From Psammoneis japonica (lineage: Eukaryota): a DNA stretch of 51,074 nucleotides. The position numbers and the translations under genes are program-made. The stretch is from assembly GCA_008632985.1 (NCBI GenBank), contig QPGO01000220.1:62001-113074 (forward strand). The letters are read 5' to 3'. Shown in pieces: positions 22,955 through 36,004 of this stretch; position 1 is the stretch's first letter; each line of letters opens with the position of its first letter. Under the pieces are notes generated by a model, which searched no databases, had not been told where the DNA came from, and saw nothing but the letters and a program-made list of their open reading frames with translations.

Positions 22955-25900
22955 ATGAGAAACCTTGTTGTAATTGGGGAGCGTCGACGCTCGGTTCAGA
23001 TTGAAAGTCAGCAGAGTGGTACTGAAAATCATGTTTCACCCACGACGTTTTGTGATTTGTGCACGTTTCAAAGCGAATGTGGCACCGAGTCGGCGACTGT
23101 CGTATTGACCGCGGAGGGTATTCTAGTTCGAGTCAATGACGAAGGAGAACCATCTTGGGTTTGTCGTCTTGATGAAGTCTGCTCGGGAGGCAAGTGGTTT
23201 GATGTTTCCTACGTTGACTCGATTGATGCCCTCGTTTGCCTGTCGCATGGCGGAGGTATTGTCACAGTGTCACCTACTACCGGAGAAGCCGAGCTTGTGG
23301 GAGAATTCGATTATGGATTAGAAGCGGGTGGATGGAGCCCCGACGGAGAAGTTTTGCTGCTTGTGACGTTTTCGGAGGGCGACGAGGACGACGGCGGGAG
23401 CGAGAAGCACAGTATTTTGCTTACCATGAATGGGCAATGGGAAGTCTTGTCTGAAGTAACAATTGAAACGCACGTTGCATCCACGGCTGAAGGTGATGAC
23501 GACTCTCAAGTCTCAATTTGCTGGCGACCCGACGGGACGGTCTGTGCTGTCAGTGCGGTCGACGTTCACGATCAGAAACGACGGATCCGAACCTACGATC
23601 GAGATTCTCTTGCGCTCAAGAGCATTGGCCGGAGCGAAGACGGAAGTGGAAAACTCGTTCCCGGGCTTATTGGCGAATCCGGTGTTGCATGGGCAAGTGG
23701 TGGATGCTCGAATCTATTGACAGCTGTTCAGCGCAAAAGCAAACGTACACAGCAGGTGGTGTTTTTTGAACCAAACGGACTGCGCCATCGCGAATTTGTC
23801 TTGAGACAGGACGACACTGCAACATTGCCACCACAGCAACTGCGGCCGTTGGGTCTAAGTTGGAATGTTGAGTCCGATTTATTGGCTGTTACCCTACGTG
23901 AGACAGACAGCGACAAGGTTCAGTTGTGGCATCGATCCAACTACCACTGGTACATGAAACAAGAAGTACGTTTCGCGACAGGAACCCGAATTGCTCGGTC
24001 AATGTTCCACAATGAACAACCATACACACTCTTTATTCTCCTGAGTGGAAGCAATGTTGAGTGGCGAGAAATCGATTATTGTTGGGACCCTAGCACAGTG
24101 GTCGTTTCCCTCCCGGAATCAAACAGCTGCACCGCTGTCGTTGTTGACGGATGCCTCATGAATATGACACCTCTTGACAAGGCACTGGTTCCACCTCCCA
24201 TGTTCGCAGTAAGTTTGACCATGGATCGTCCCATACGCGGCGTATCATTTGTCAAGGCTTGTCATGGATCACTATTCTCGCTTGTGCAACTCTCGGACGG
24301 TAACTTGGTGTGCGTGGGAAACGACGGTGGAGAGAAGAGTACTATGATTGCAAATTACACGACACCCTCCGTCATGGCTAGGATTTATTGGGAAAATGTC
24401 AACGAAACTATTGATATCTTGGCGCTGAGGAACTTTGTCGTGATGGCTGAAGAAGACAATGAGCTCCGTGTCGTTGCATTGCATTGCCCGCCGGTGAACA
24501 AAGGTTTTGAGCAGCTCGTGGAAATTGACGTGAGACTGGGCAGTGATGGCAACGGTACTGCGAGTGTCTCAAATACCGTCACTCTTGAGGGGCGTGTGTT
24601 GAGAATGATTCCCTGGTCGGATTCATCCCATGGCGCATTGCTGCAACTCGATGATGGCAGTCTGTTTGAGTACGACCAATCGCATTCTGTTGTCCCATCC
24701 GAAATTGATACACTCCTTGAACCCTGTCCTTGGTTTGCGGCAATGAAAATCGCTTCGGATGATGATCACCAACCAAACCAAAAGCTTGTGGTGGGATTGT
24801 CGGCACGATCGAGGCTCTTTTGCCACGATCGACTCTTGGCGGATGCCGTTTCCTCCTTTGTGCTTTCTCCGACGCACGGTTTCTTGTGTTATGCAACTGC
24901 CGGATCGCACTGCCAGCTCCGGTTTTTGCCGATAAGTGAGTTGCTAAAGTTTGACCCACTCATGGGATCGGATGAGAATCGTCTTCTTGGTGGTTATGAA
25001 CCTAGAAATGGGGAGCGAGGAAGCCGATTGGTTGCTATTTTGCCAACGCAGCCTACGGCGATACTGCAGTTACCAAGAGGAAATATGGAGGGTGTGTACC
25101 CACGAGCTTTGGTGTTGCCCTTTGTCATGTCGAAGATAGACAAGTGCGAATATGGCGTTGCATTCGAAATGATGCGACGGCAAAAAGTTGACCTGAATTT
25201 GATTGTCGATATGGACCCGTCGCATTTTCTGGACGTGGGGGTGAATATCTTTTTGAAACAAGTTCGGCAGGTGGACTACCTGAATCTTTTCATTGCAACT
25301 CTGCAGGACTTTGATATTACTGAATGGAAGTACAGAGTTCCCGGATGGTTTCACCGAGAGACTGAGTCTACTGAAAGCCAATTTGACTTTACAACAAAAG
25401 TAAATCGAGTTTGTAGTGTACTTCGGGAATTAATGATCCAGAGTCAAAGGGAAGAGCTCGAATCCAGCGACGAGTCAGTTTCCAAAGACCATTTTCTCTT
25501 GCCGATTCTGTCCACGTTTGCGAAGGAGAAGCCTCCAAAGCTGGAAGAGGCTTTGACCCTCATCAAGGATAGCGCCATTTCTGCCCACCCAGCGGCGAGC
25601 AAGAAGCCACCCCTTTTTTCGGAGCGCGCACAGAGTTCCATCCAATACTTGGCCTTTCTTGCGGACTACGAGCTTTTGCTTTCCACGGCATTAGGGATGT
25701 ACGACTATGATTTGGCGCGAGCTGTGGCAAGAAACTCACAAATGGATCCCAAGGTTTATCTCCCGCTGCTGAAACGATTGAAGTCGTTGGACACTTTCTA
25801 TGGACGATATGAAGTTGACTTGCGTTTGAAACGATACGAAAAAGCACTTTCGAATCTTTTCCAGTCCGGCGTGGAGAAGGAGAACCTTGAATCTTTGGCT

Positions 25901-27207
25901 TCCAATGACAGCGAAGTGAAAGGGAACGGATTTGACCAGTGTCTTGCGCTCATTGAAGAGCATAAGTTGCACCACCTTGGCTTGGAACTGTATCAAGACC
26001 ATGCCGAAGAGCACCAGCGTATCACTCTATCCCTGGCTGAAAGGCTACTACGCGACCACGAATCCGAAACTGCACTTGCCGTATTCCTTTCGGCAAAGCC
26101 ACCTGAAATTGATGGTGCCAAACGTGCTGCACGAGCTTGTGGTGACTGGAAAACTTTCTTTACGTTGTCGATGGATAATTCTGAAACCGCAGATGAAGAG
26201 TCTGCAGCTATTCTTAGAAGATCAATCGCCTCCGACGTAGCGGATGAGATTGCGGCGGGAAAGGGAGGGAAGTACAGTCGGCACGAGTGCTTGATCCAAG
26301 CAGGACAAATTCTTCTCGACTACGGCGGAGATGTTGCTGGCGCAATTGACATGTACATTTCGGCTGAACAATGGAGCGAAGCTCGACGTATTGCTTGTCT
26401 CCATAGTAGACACGACCTCGAGAAGAAATGCATTGACGCAGCGGTATCCTTTGGACATGCTCTACTCGACGAGTTCGAAGATCGAGGGGCTATGTTTGTA
26501 AAGACGAACGAAAGGTATGAGGAATGTCTGCGAATTCGGAGGGAGGCGGTTCGCACGCTTGATCTTGAACACGGTGAAAACATCAACGGTGAAGCAGAAG
26601 ACAGCGGAAGCCTTTTCTCCATGGCAACAAATGAATCGAATATGAGTCTTCGTAGCAACATGAGTGGCAGCAGCGTAGGAAGCGTGAGCAGCGTGTCTTC
26701 TGTCATTAGCGTTGGTGCTACCAGCTCTTTCAGTATCACTTCTGAAAGAGACTTGAACAAACACAAGTCAAAGTTCAACGCGCTTGGACGCGCCAGCAAG
26801 AAGACCAAAAAGAAAAAGAAGAAGAAAACAGGAAAGAAAAGAATTCTGCCAGGAAGCGAAGAGGAGCTAAAAAGCTTGGTCGATACCTTAAAGATGAACA
26901 ATATCGCAAAGGAATACCGAGATAGAGTGGCAGAAACAATTCAGTTTCTTGTTCATGTTGGAAAGTCGTCGCTGGCACGAGAAGTGTATAACAGATACAA
27001 TGATCTAAAAGCTACAATCGAATCGTCCCAGCAGAAGAGAATGTCGAGCGCAGTAAAAGAACGCGAGGATGCAGAAAGAATAGCAAGAAAAGAGGAGGTC
27101 ATCATGAACACACTGTGCTACCGGTTGAAGCAGAAGTTGACGGGTTGCAATGTGAGGAGCTCCCCAACGTGTTGCATGATTTTTTCTCTTTCATGACTGC
27201 CGATTAA
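22955..27207 (+). CDS. ELP1: Elongator complex protein 1 (IKI3/IKBKAP); probable frameshift near 27095
   Basis: About 1420 aa; WSPDGE, ISWRPDG-like, FFEPNGLRHREF, LSWNVESDLLA, SNYHWYMKQ, ERGSRLV, LQLPRGNMEGVYPRALVL, ALGMYDYDLA..VA..SQMDPKVYLP and a basic C-terminal tract. The alternative frame after about 27095 gives a more plausible C-terminus ending TAA 27207. Confidence 0.95.
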
Positions 27208-27274
27208 AGTAGGGCCTTGAGTTAAAAGCCCTGGATTGTTCACTCTAGGTTTTCGTTTTGTTGCATCATGCTAC

Positions 27275-28357
27275 CTACTCGTCTTCCGAAGCTGGTGGAA
27301 GGAATCCTTTTATTCTCACTTTTTCTTCGCGAATGTACTTGAGGTCCAAAAGTCCCGTCGGCGGCGTAATGAAGATTGATTGCTCATTTATTTCCACCCG
27401 AGGAACTATTTGCGGAACCAGTGGGATCAAAACCATCTCATCTCTCCACGAATTCAATCCACCTAGACCTCTCGGCAACACAACTTCCAACAGGTCTTGC
27501 CCGAGTCCAGGTATTTCACACATGTCTTGAGCAAGCACAATGCCTCCAACCGTTCCCACAAATTTCCCTCCTAAACCAGCCTCGTCCGAGTCTTCTGTAC
27601 TATCCTCACCATACCCTTCCTCAATGAAAACATCTAGTCCAACCAAATCAGAAATCAAATATTCATCTTGACCAACTTCGGGTCTCTCCTCTTGTCGAGC
27701 GTACAAAACGGACCCACGGAGCTTGTTTGCAGCGTCTCGATCTCCAATACCCTCCAGTTTGATCAGATATTCATCTCCCATTCGATGTCTACCGTCCAAT
27801 AGTTGAACTTTTCGCGGAGAACGACGATTCTGTGCCTTCAAGTGTCGAACGCCAGCCTTGCAGAGACGTTCCGGAAAATCCGTCACGGAAGCAATCTTTA
27901 AAAGCCCTCGTACGCCATGAGCACCGAGAATCGTGCCTAATTCTGTGTATCCGTACGTTGTCGGGTCATATGGATCAATGCTCTTGACATCTGGAAATAA
28001 TATTTCATTTCGGACGCGTTTCTCCGCGGACGAACCGTTGTCCCTCGGCAGTGGTGTGTTTTTCGTTTTCGCCGACTCCGACTCGAGCTCCCGTATCTTT
28101 TCTTCCGATTCTGATATTAGACTCTCCAACGGGTCCTGGACTAGGTTATCCGTTTTCGAGAACTTGGCATACTTGTTTTTCTTCTTTTTTCTTCGTGATG
28201 TATCGGTTCGTCGTCCATGTGCGTAAACTACGGTGCAGAACCGAGAATGAGGTGACTTGTTGACGACGACCCTCCAAGGCGACGGTGCCCAAGCTTTTGA
28301 AGGAATTATCAAGCACGAAAACAATGTATAACAAATAATAGAAACAGTCAAGGCCAT
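27275..28357 (-). CDS. rimM: Plastid-targeted ribosome maturation factor RimM
   Basis: LGTILGAHGVRGLLKI, KLEGIGDRDAANKLRG, EYLISDLVGLDV and VLIPLVPQIV..V motifs; signal peptide + AWAP from ATG 28357. Confidence 0.9.
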   Translation of the reverse strand: MALTVSIICYTLFSCLIIPSKAWAPSPWRVVVNKSPHSRFCTVVYAHGRRTDTSRRKKKKNKYAKFSKTDNLVQDPLESLISESEEKIRELESESAKTKNTPLPRDNGSSAEKRVRNEILFPDVKSIDPYDPTTYGYTELGTILGAHGVRGLLKIASVTDFPERLCKAGVRHLKAQNRRSPRKVQLLDGRHRMGDEYLIKLEGIGDRDAANKLRGSVLYARQEERPEVGQDEYLISDLVGLDVFIEEGYGEDSTEDSDEAGLGGKFVGTVGGIVLAQDMCEIPGLGQDLLEVVLPRGLGGLNSWRDEMVLIPLVPQIVPRVEINEQSIFITPPTGLLDLKYIREEKVRIKGFLPPASEDE

Positions 28358-29265
28358 TTTCCTCTTTGCCAAAGCCTGCAGAGCGGTCGGCTTTCGTCTC
28401 ATCGTCATGCGGAAGGAAGCCATTGGGCGCTTTCCGTTCTTGCTTTTGTTCTTTTCTGTTGTGTGGTCACGGCTTGTCTGAGTGTCACTTTGTCTGTGTT
28501 CTGTTTGGTAGGTGGGTGGGAAGGCCGTCATTCCATACGCTGGTGCTTTGAATATTTTGATTGTTTATCATACTTCTAGCTCTTATAAAATTCATAGCGT
28601 TAACATATATATATATATAACTTAACAACTGAATACTTATTAATATAAATCCAAACGGTCTAATACATATTATAAAATTATTTGCGTATATATATAAATT
28701 TGTATTATTCTAATCAAAGATTGTTTGTGGAGTTCGAGAGCTAGCTCACTGCAATTTTTCAAAAAGCATGATGAACTTTTTCAAAAAGAGAAACTGCATG
28801 GCGGCGAATGGTGAAGCTCTAGAGAGGGTACTTCAGTTCTTTGAACAGCAACATGCTGCATTATACCGGCTTCGTTTTCCACTCTATTGAGCGATTGAAA
28901 AATGACACGGAACAGTTTGCTCTTTTACGTTCCTGTTCATAACATTTTAGACAGGCGAAAGAGGGTTTTTGATTTTCATGTGTATGATCTGTTCAAAATA
29001 CCGTTTGTGACGCGGCCGGTGGAGTTTTGTCGTGAAGCAACGATGCTTTTTAAGCCGAGCAACGACCATTCCTCATTTTAAACGTACTCTCTGCTCTCAC
29101 AATTCTGTTTCAGAACAGAAAGGTAAGCCTGTTCAAGAACCAATCATCTTTTGCACCAATCGAACGACACCTGACACTGTTCGATGCTGACACGCCACCT
29201 GTTCTCTTTCTATCCAATCAGGTACAAGATCTTCATACGCTCTTGTCGTTGTTGTCGTCGCCACA

Positions 29266-31518
29266 ATGTCGTCGTCCATTGTAAATCCCAAGGCTCTCTC
29301 GGTTGTCACCGACTCAAAGGTCAACGTCAACCATCATGTCGACTCTTCTGATGCCGGCATCGACGATCTCGTCAACGCCACCAAGAAGATTGCGTTGGAC
29401 AGCCCCGCCATTACCAAGGCCACCCGCAAGGAACTCGTGTTGCAAAAGAAGGAGTTGGACAAGATTTTTCAAGACTCGCTGGAAACCCAGCTCAAGGCAG
29501 TCCCCAAGATTGATATGCCGTCCCTCTTGCAAGTAAAGCTCTACTCGTATCAGATTGATGGAGTCCGTTGGTTGGTGCACCGCGAGACCAATGCCGACTC
29601 TGTCCCACCCTTTTGGAAGCAGCGAAAGTTCGGTAACCAGGTCAAGTGGTATTCGTCCATCAACAACAGAACGCACCCATCCGTGCCTCAAGACGTGCGC
29701 AGCAGTATTCTCGCAGACGGCACGTATATAATTTGTTGTTTTGGCATTGAGTGCGATACACGCAAGCATACAGTCGTTACCTTACAGCGTATCATTGTTG
29801 CTTTCTCTCTCGTCTTGTAAAAAGAACAAGGTCTTGGAAAGACGTACCAGTCTCTGGCGCTCGTTTTGGCGAATCCTCCGGAGGGTGTCACTTATCCCGT
29901 TACAACCAAACCCACGAGCCCTCGTTGTACCTTGGTTGTTTGTCCGGTTTCCGTCATTAACATTTGGTATGATGAGATCAACAAGGCCGTCAATGTTGAT
30001 CCCGGGAATGAAGTCTTGAAGGTTGCCATTTACGAAGGAACGGACCGTTGGCGAAAGCTGTTGCCCAATCTTGCCCAGGACGAGTACGATCTCGTGCTTT
30101 GCTCCTACGAGACTCTGGCCTCGGACTACAAGTTTGCCATGCAGGGTGGCCACATGCCCACTGCCATCTTTGACATTGAATTTCATCGAATCATTCTCGA
30201 CGAATCTCACAAGATTCGCAACCAAGCAACCAAGATGTTCAAATCCGTCATGAGCATCAAGAGCGAGCGAAAGTTATGCCTCACCGGTACGCCCTTTAAC
30301 AACCACCCCAACGACATTCAGTCGCTGTTGGCGTTCCTCAAGATGGAGCCTCTCTCGGATCCCCAAGTGTTTGAAGAGCGCGTCATTGATGAGATCATTC
30401 TGAAGAAGGAGATTGGATTGGCCCGACTTCGTACAATCATGTCGCATTTGACTCTCCGCCGTACCAAGGCCGACATCAACATGCCTTCCGACAATCCAGA
30501 CTTGTTTGTGGACAAGACCGTCGAGGTACACGAGGTCTCATTTAAAGATGGACAACATGGCAAGGTCTACGATGCCCTTTACAACGTGACCCGAACTCTT
30601 TTGTTGAAACTCATGGATTTGGAAAATGAGAAGCACCGCCCGGGCATTCCACACTTTCAACGCATCTTTGGTTTGGTTCACTACATTCGTGTTTCCTGCT
30701 GCCACTCGGAGCTTGTCAATGACCAGCTTTTGCAGCGTGTCATGGCTCTTGCTCCCTGCATCAAGGATGATCGCCTTGACGGTATTGCAACCGAAGACCT
30801 GGTGGAACACTTGGTGACGGGTGTCAAGATCCCGAAAAAAATCTTCACCACGTCGCCCAAGATTGAGGCCTTGCTGAGTGTTATTGCCGAGATGAAGCAC
30901 AATGAAAAGGGTGTTGTCTTTTCCGAGGTTCGTATGACTGGGTGTTTGTTCTTGACCGATGTTCAACAACTGTTTCTCACGTTGTCCGCGTTTATTCTCT
31001 ATCTATTGTAGTGGACTTCGTTTCTCGACATTATCGAGATTCAGCTCGAAAGGGCAGGCATTCCCTTTGAGCGCATTGACGGACGCATGAAGCGCGAGGA
31101 ACGCGCCGCTGCCGTTTCCAGGTATGAAAAGGGGAGCACCGAACAATCTCGTGTTTTGCTTTGTTCGCTCAAGGCTTGTGGTATGGGACTGAACCTGGTC
31201 CGCGGAAACCACGTCTTCATCATGGATCCCTTTTGGAATGTGGCTGCCGAACAGCAGGCCATGGATCGCGTCCACCGCCACGGCCAAACCCGTGACGTTC
31301 GTGTCGTTCGTTTCGTCATGAAGAATTCGTTTGAAGATCGCATGCTCAACTTTCAGTCGGCCAAGGCTGCCCTCGGAAAGGGATCCTTTGAGATGTTGGG
31401 TCCAGATGAAAAGCGCAAGGCCCGGATCACGGCCATTTACGATCTCTTTGAAGTCAAAGCCGAAGCCCACAGTGAGTGGGATCCTTTTATCGTCGACGAT
31501 GAGGACATGGACCTTTAG
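29266..31518 (+). CDS. SNF2-family (RAD5/RAD16-like) helicase; exons 29266-29719, 29825-30927, 31012-31518
   Basis: LYSYQIDGVRWL, spliced SILADEQGLGKT, TLVVCPVSV, RIILDESHKIRN, LTGTPFNN, LRRTK, VFSEWTSFLD, GLNL, MDPFWN..EQQAMDRVHRHGQ. Confidence 0.92.
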
Positions 31519-31775
31519 GTATGTGCAAGATTCGTTAGCAAGAAGTAGTTAGTATTCACCAACCGGCAGCCGCAATACCAAGCAGAAAAAAGCCATTCCT
31601 AGAAACAGTGTAGGTAATTGCTAGAGAGCGCCTCTTAGGGTCTTTTCAAAGCCTGTACATCATATTTGTTCGCAACATCTTCCTATTAGTACCCCGGATT
31701 CGCACCGGGTGCATATAGGAGCGCCATTGCTCACGCCAACAACAACGATTATGTGGCTAGAGTTTTCGCCAAAAA

Positions 31776-31865
31776 ATGTATGCAAAAGTCGCACAGATGG
31801 CTATAGCACACATTCAGTAGAGAGCAACATCTTAATTGGACTGCGAAATGGAACTCAACTTTAAC
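31776..31865 (+). repeat. 90-bp dispersed direct repeat, copy 1
   Basis: ATGTATGCAAAAGTCGCACA...GGAACTCAACTTTAAC, about 90% identical to 37611-37700. Confidence 0.9.
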
Positions 31866-32652
31866 GGTACAAGGGTCGCAAAAACAAAATGTTGCCTCTG
31901 GGTTGCTTTTGAATTTACAAGCGACTCGTCAACAGGCCGCCCATGATCCAGTCGGGCAGGGTGGCCGTTCCAATCTGAAATCCATGTGTTTTCGTTGAGT
32001 TGCTGGGGATCTTCCAACGCAATGAGATTGTCCAAAATGTGATCAAAGACTTCCTCGCGTTGGCAGAGGCCACCCCGAAGAATCGACCCATGTGAATGAT
32101 TGTGCCATCTTCCGACTGCTTGTAGCGCACCTTGCGACTTTGAATGTTGGAAGCAGCCATCAGAATGGTTGGCAACGTGGTTGGGTTGAGGTGGTCCACC
32201 AGCGATCCATTGATCCAAACTTCGGTCGGTGGCTCGTCTCCGGTTGCGCTCGGGTGCTCTTGGAGCAGCTCCGGTATTTCTTTGTACTGGATCTTGTGTT
32301 CGATGTGGTGGGCATTCGGACGCCATTCCACCCGAACCTGCGAGCCGACCGTCTGAAGGCTCTGAATGTCTTCGACTCTTTGAAACGGAACATCCTTGGC
32401 AAAGTACCATCGATTGCGGGCTTCCAAGATTCCTCGAAGCACTTCCGGACTGTCCTGAATAGTCGTAGTGTTTGGATGATCGATTGGGGCGTAGGCCATT
32501 TCGGAACGCCCCGGCAGGCCCCATTCCGAACCGTCGGGAAGCAATTGGCGGCCATGAACGTCGCAAAACGACGAGTGCAAGGCAAATTTCGGAATCATCC
32601 TGGCGGCAATGGGCGGTAAATTGCTTCTTCTCACCAGAGAGGACGTAGCCAT
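31832..32652 (-). CDS. Hypothetical protein, apparently frameshifted near 32075
   Basis: 245-aa ORF with normal composition; a protein-like continuation in another frame follows a GGGG run. No family recognised. Confidence 0.45.
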
Positions 32653-32882
32653 TCTTGGCCGTACAATATTTGTGAGCGCTTTACTACGAGTGCCATGGTA
32701 TGGAGCATGTTTTGACGTGGATTCCTTTGATTGATGGTGTTTTTGGAGCGCATTCTCGAAACTTCTCGATGGATCGCTCGAGTCGCGGGATCAAAGTGAT
32801 TCGTGTTTAAGAAGGTTCGTGCCGGTGTCGTAATGACGCGTTAGGAGCTTGAGTTATTATTGTGGAAGAGTCAAATATGGTA

Positions 32883-35800
32883 TCAGGGACCGAAATGAGG
32901 CGGAGGAGGTTTGTAGTCGTACAGTTCATTGCTCTGAAACATCTCTGGGAGCAAGTTGTGAAGAGCCTGGTTGATCAGTAACAGTAGATTTCGGTATTCT
33001 GCTTCCTTGCCGTCGTCTGATATGGCAGACACTAGTTTCTGGAAAGCTCGCAGCGATCCTGTTAGAACAGCACAGTGAGATTTAGCAGCAGGCCACAAGA
33101 GGTTGGATGCTTCATTCCAATCGGCCTTCTTTGTTCCTGTGGTATCTTGGGAAGTATCAAGCAGGCTTGTAAGTGTGTTCGTTCGCAGCTGCTCCACAAC
33201 AGGTACAAGGCTAGCGTGCTGAACGACCAAGGGTGGCTGTTGCTGAGATGACGTTCTCGCAACTGTGATTCGAGCCAGGTGCACCAGATCTCGCTGGGAG
33301 TTGAGCTCATTCTCAACACCACACGAAAATCCGGCCAGAAAGAAACTCAACGAGACAGTGTGGGCGATTGAGAAATGCCCATATTTGACCAATACATTCC
33401 ACAATTGAAGAGGTGACTTGTTCCCTGGATTCATGTAGCACGGCATTGACGCCAGCCCCATTCCATCTCGCCATGATTCACGCAACTCGGCGAGGCTGAG
33501 TGGTCGATTGGCTAACACCATGCCACTTGAGACATTGGAATCGAGCACGACAGGCATTCCTCCAAGAGCACAGACAGCGGCTACAGGTGTCTTGACCAAC
33601 CATCCCTTAGGACCGTCCCAGAACCCAACTCCCACAAGCTCGTGCAGCCACCGTAATCGAAGAGGGATAGATTTTTCATTGCAAACGTGACACCAAAGTC
33701 GTTTCGTGTCCATGAATGTGATGCCTTCTACCACTATGGTGCAAGGATTGGTCATTGGTTCAGGATTGGTTTCACTGCGTTGCTTGTTTTCCTGCGGTAC
33801 GGGTTTGACTGTTTCGGCCCCGTCGTCACCAAGAATCGCACGTTGCACCACACTGAGCTCCTCGTAGAAGCTAAAGCCTCGATCATAATTCACGTAACAT
33901 GGCTCAAACAAGGGACATATTTCAGAAAATACTGCGGCATCATCAGCCGTGATGAGACACTTTTCTCGGAGAATCTCAACAAACTGATCGTACAGGCCTC
34001 GAACGGCGGCACACTGACGTTGGCTTACGCCGTCGTCTCGTGACAAAAGATGACACAGGACTTTCTGGAGCTTTTGCCCATACACTTTCGATTCTTGTAA
34101 GAACGGATAGCGTGCCAACAGATGCATTTGGCCAATCATGTACCGACCCAGCGAGTTCCGCCTCAGAATGGCTGGTTCGGCTGACTTGGAATCACCGCAG
34201 AATGCGGGAACGAGTTTCGATTCAAATAAATGGTCCAGAATCCGTTCCATAAGTTGCTCTCCTGTCAGATGCGACTCGAGGCCCAAGGTGCCAATCACCT
34301 CTTCAACCGTTTCCAATTGGCTGCCTCTTTTCGCGCTCGACAAGGCATCTCGGATGGGAGCGACCAACTCCCACCATCGCTGGAATGTTGCACTACGACT
34401 CATATGGAATCGTAGTTGGACGATGTCCAACGGTAGTCTTCCACAAAGAACGGCATGTACTTTTCCTTAAAATTTCCAAGGGCGCTGGCTTTGTATGGCC
34501 CATCCTCGGGTTGATTCTTTGCTTCGTTCCGAGATAGCAACTTTTGGTACTCCGTGTCGTCTCCCAACAAACAGTACTGGGCGTTGGCCCGCAGCAGAGT
34601 CTTGAACACATTCAGGGTCGATTCCACATTAGGTGGTTCCGGAAATGGATCCAAACCAGTGGCCGCAAACAACGGCCAAATCGCCCGCTTGCTCCAATCG
34701 TACTCTACCCCCGACCGTCGCAACGCTTCCGCCAACAACATGTCGGCAAATACCAGGGTGACCGCCTCGCTCAACATGCGGGCAACGACATACACGCGCT
34801 TGTGCAAACTGGAGTCGGTCCCACCCGTCACGACCAAATCGGGCAGCAAAAAATGCCCCCAATCGTGGCACAAAAAGGTGAGTTCGTGAATCAGGTCCGA
34901 CTTTTGGACACAGGGTAGGCCTGCATTGAGACCGGGACACCAGTAGTTGACTTCTCGTCGCGACTGGGCGGCTCGAAAGAAGGCGCCGTCGTTGACGACC
35001 GTCGCAAAACAGGAGCGCAAGTGTTGGACGGCGTCTTTTTGTAAGAGAGGAACGGTTTCAAGAAACTTGGCACAGGCCGTGCCGTCGTCGTATCCAATGG
35101 ATATTGTTCACTGGGGAGGATAGTCGGAAGAAGGTGACATGTGAGACCAGTGTTTGCGGGTCTTGTAGTGAATGTGATTGGCGCAATATGTCGACAGGTT
35201 GGCGTCCCGAGGAGAACACTTGCATCCGATCATTTTCTTTTCGTGATATGACAAATTGGTGGCTTTGACGACAAAGATATCGTCAAATCCAAAAATGCCA
35301 TTGGTATCTTGCGCTGTCTTTCCACGTGACGACCGTGCTTGGCGCTTGCTCTTGTCAATGTAGCCCTCGACTTTGTTGGTGTGGAACTCCATTTGGATGG
35401 TTGGCTCTGTCTGCTGTTGGGAAGGTTCTTCCTCGAGACCGACATGACGTAGCGAGGGCCCATGTTGCTGCGAACCAGTGCCAAACTTCCAAGACCACAC
35501 AATCAAATTTGCGCGAGCCCAGACGCGTTCTCCATCCATTGGTTTATAAGTTCGATAATGCTTGGCATAGTTCTTTTTGTAATTGTTTGTGTCGTCAACA
35601 AGTCCCTGATCATAAGGGAGCAGCAGCATTTGTTCCCACATTACGGCCTTAGTCCAGTAGTAATTGTTGTTGTCTGATGAATCATCGTTGATTCGGGACA
35701 AGAGCTGTTCCGCCAATGGCTGAAGGCGCTGTGCCACTCGTTCAATGGAGGCATTCGACGTGTAAACGCCTCCATAGGGATCGACCAGTTTCACGTCCAA

Positions 35801-36004
35801 GCCATATGGGCGAAAAAACGAACAGAATTCGTCGTACTTGTGGACGCTCGAGGTAACCAGGTAAAGGATACGCCTTCCTCTTCTTTGACGAGGTGCGATT
35901 ACAGGACGGGGGTGTTTGAGGAGTTGCTTGGCACTGAGGACATTTCCTGAATCATCCTCCTCTGAATCCTTCTTTTGTTGTATGTGTTGGCTGTTCTCCT
36001 CCAT
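32883..36004 (-). pseudogene. Multidomain gene: Ham1/ITPase-like + HDxxH helical domain + ThyX-like C-terminus, interrupted by an in-frame TGA (35110-35108) and a frameshift (about 34405)
   Basis: Ham1-like ILYLVTSSVHKYDEF, KVEGYID, FGFDDIF, SYHE...KCSPRD; middle HELTFLCHDWGH; ThyX-like KYGHFSIAH..LSFFLAGFS, LWPAA...VLTGSLR...EAEYR. ORFs 35108-36004 and 34400-35020 are in the same frame. Confidence 0.6.

Noticed and set aside
31776..31865. SECIS or tRNA identity for the 90-bp repeat
   Set aside because: No convincing SECIS core or cloverleaf was visible, and it is not in the 3' UTR of the TGA-containing gene.
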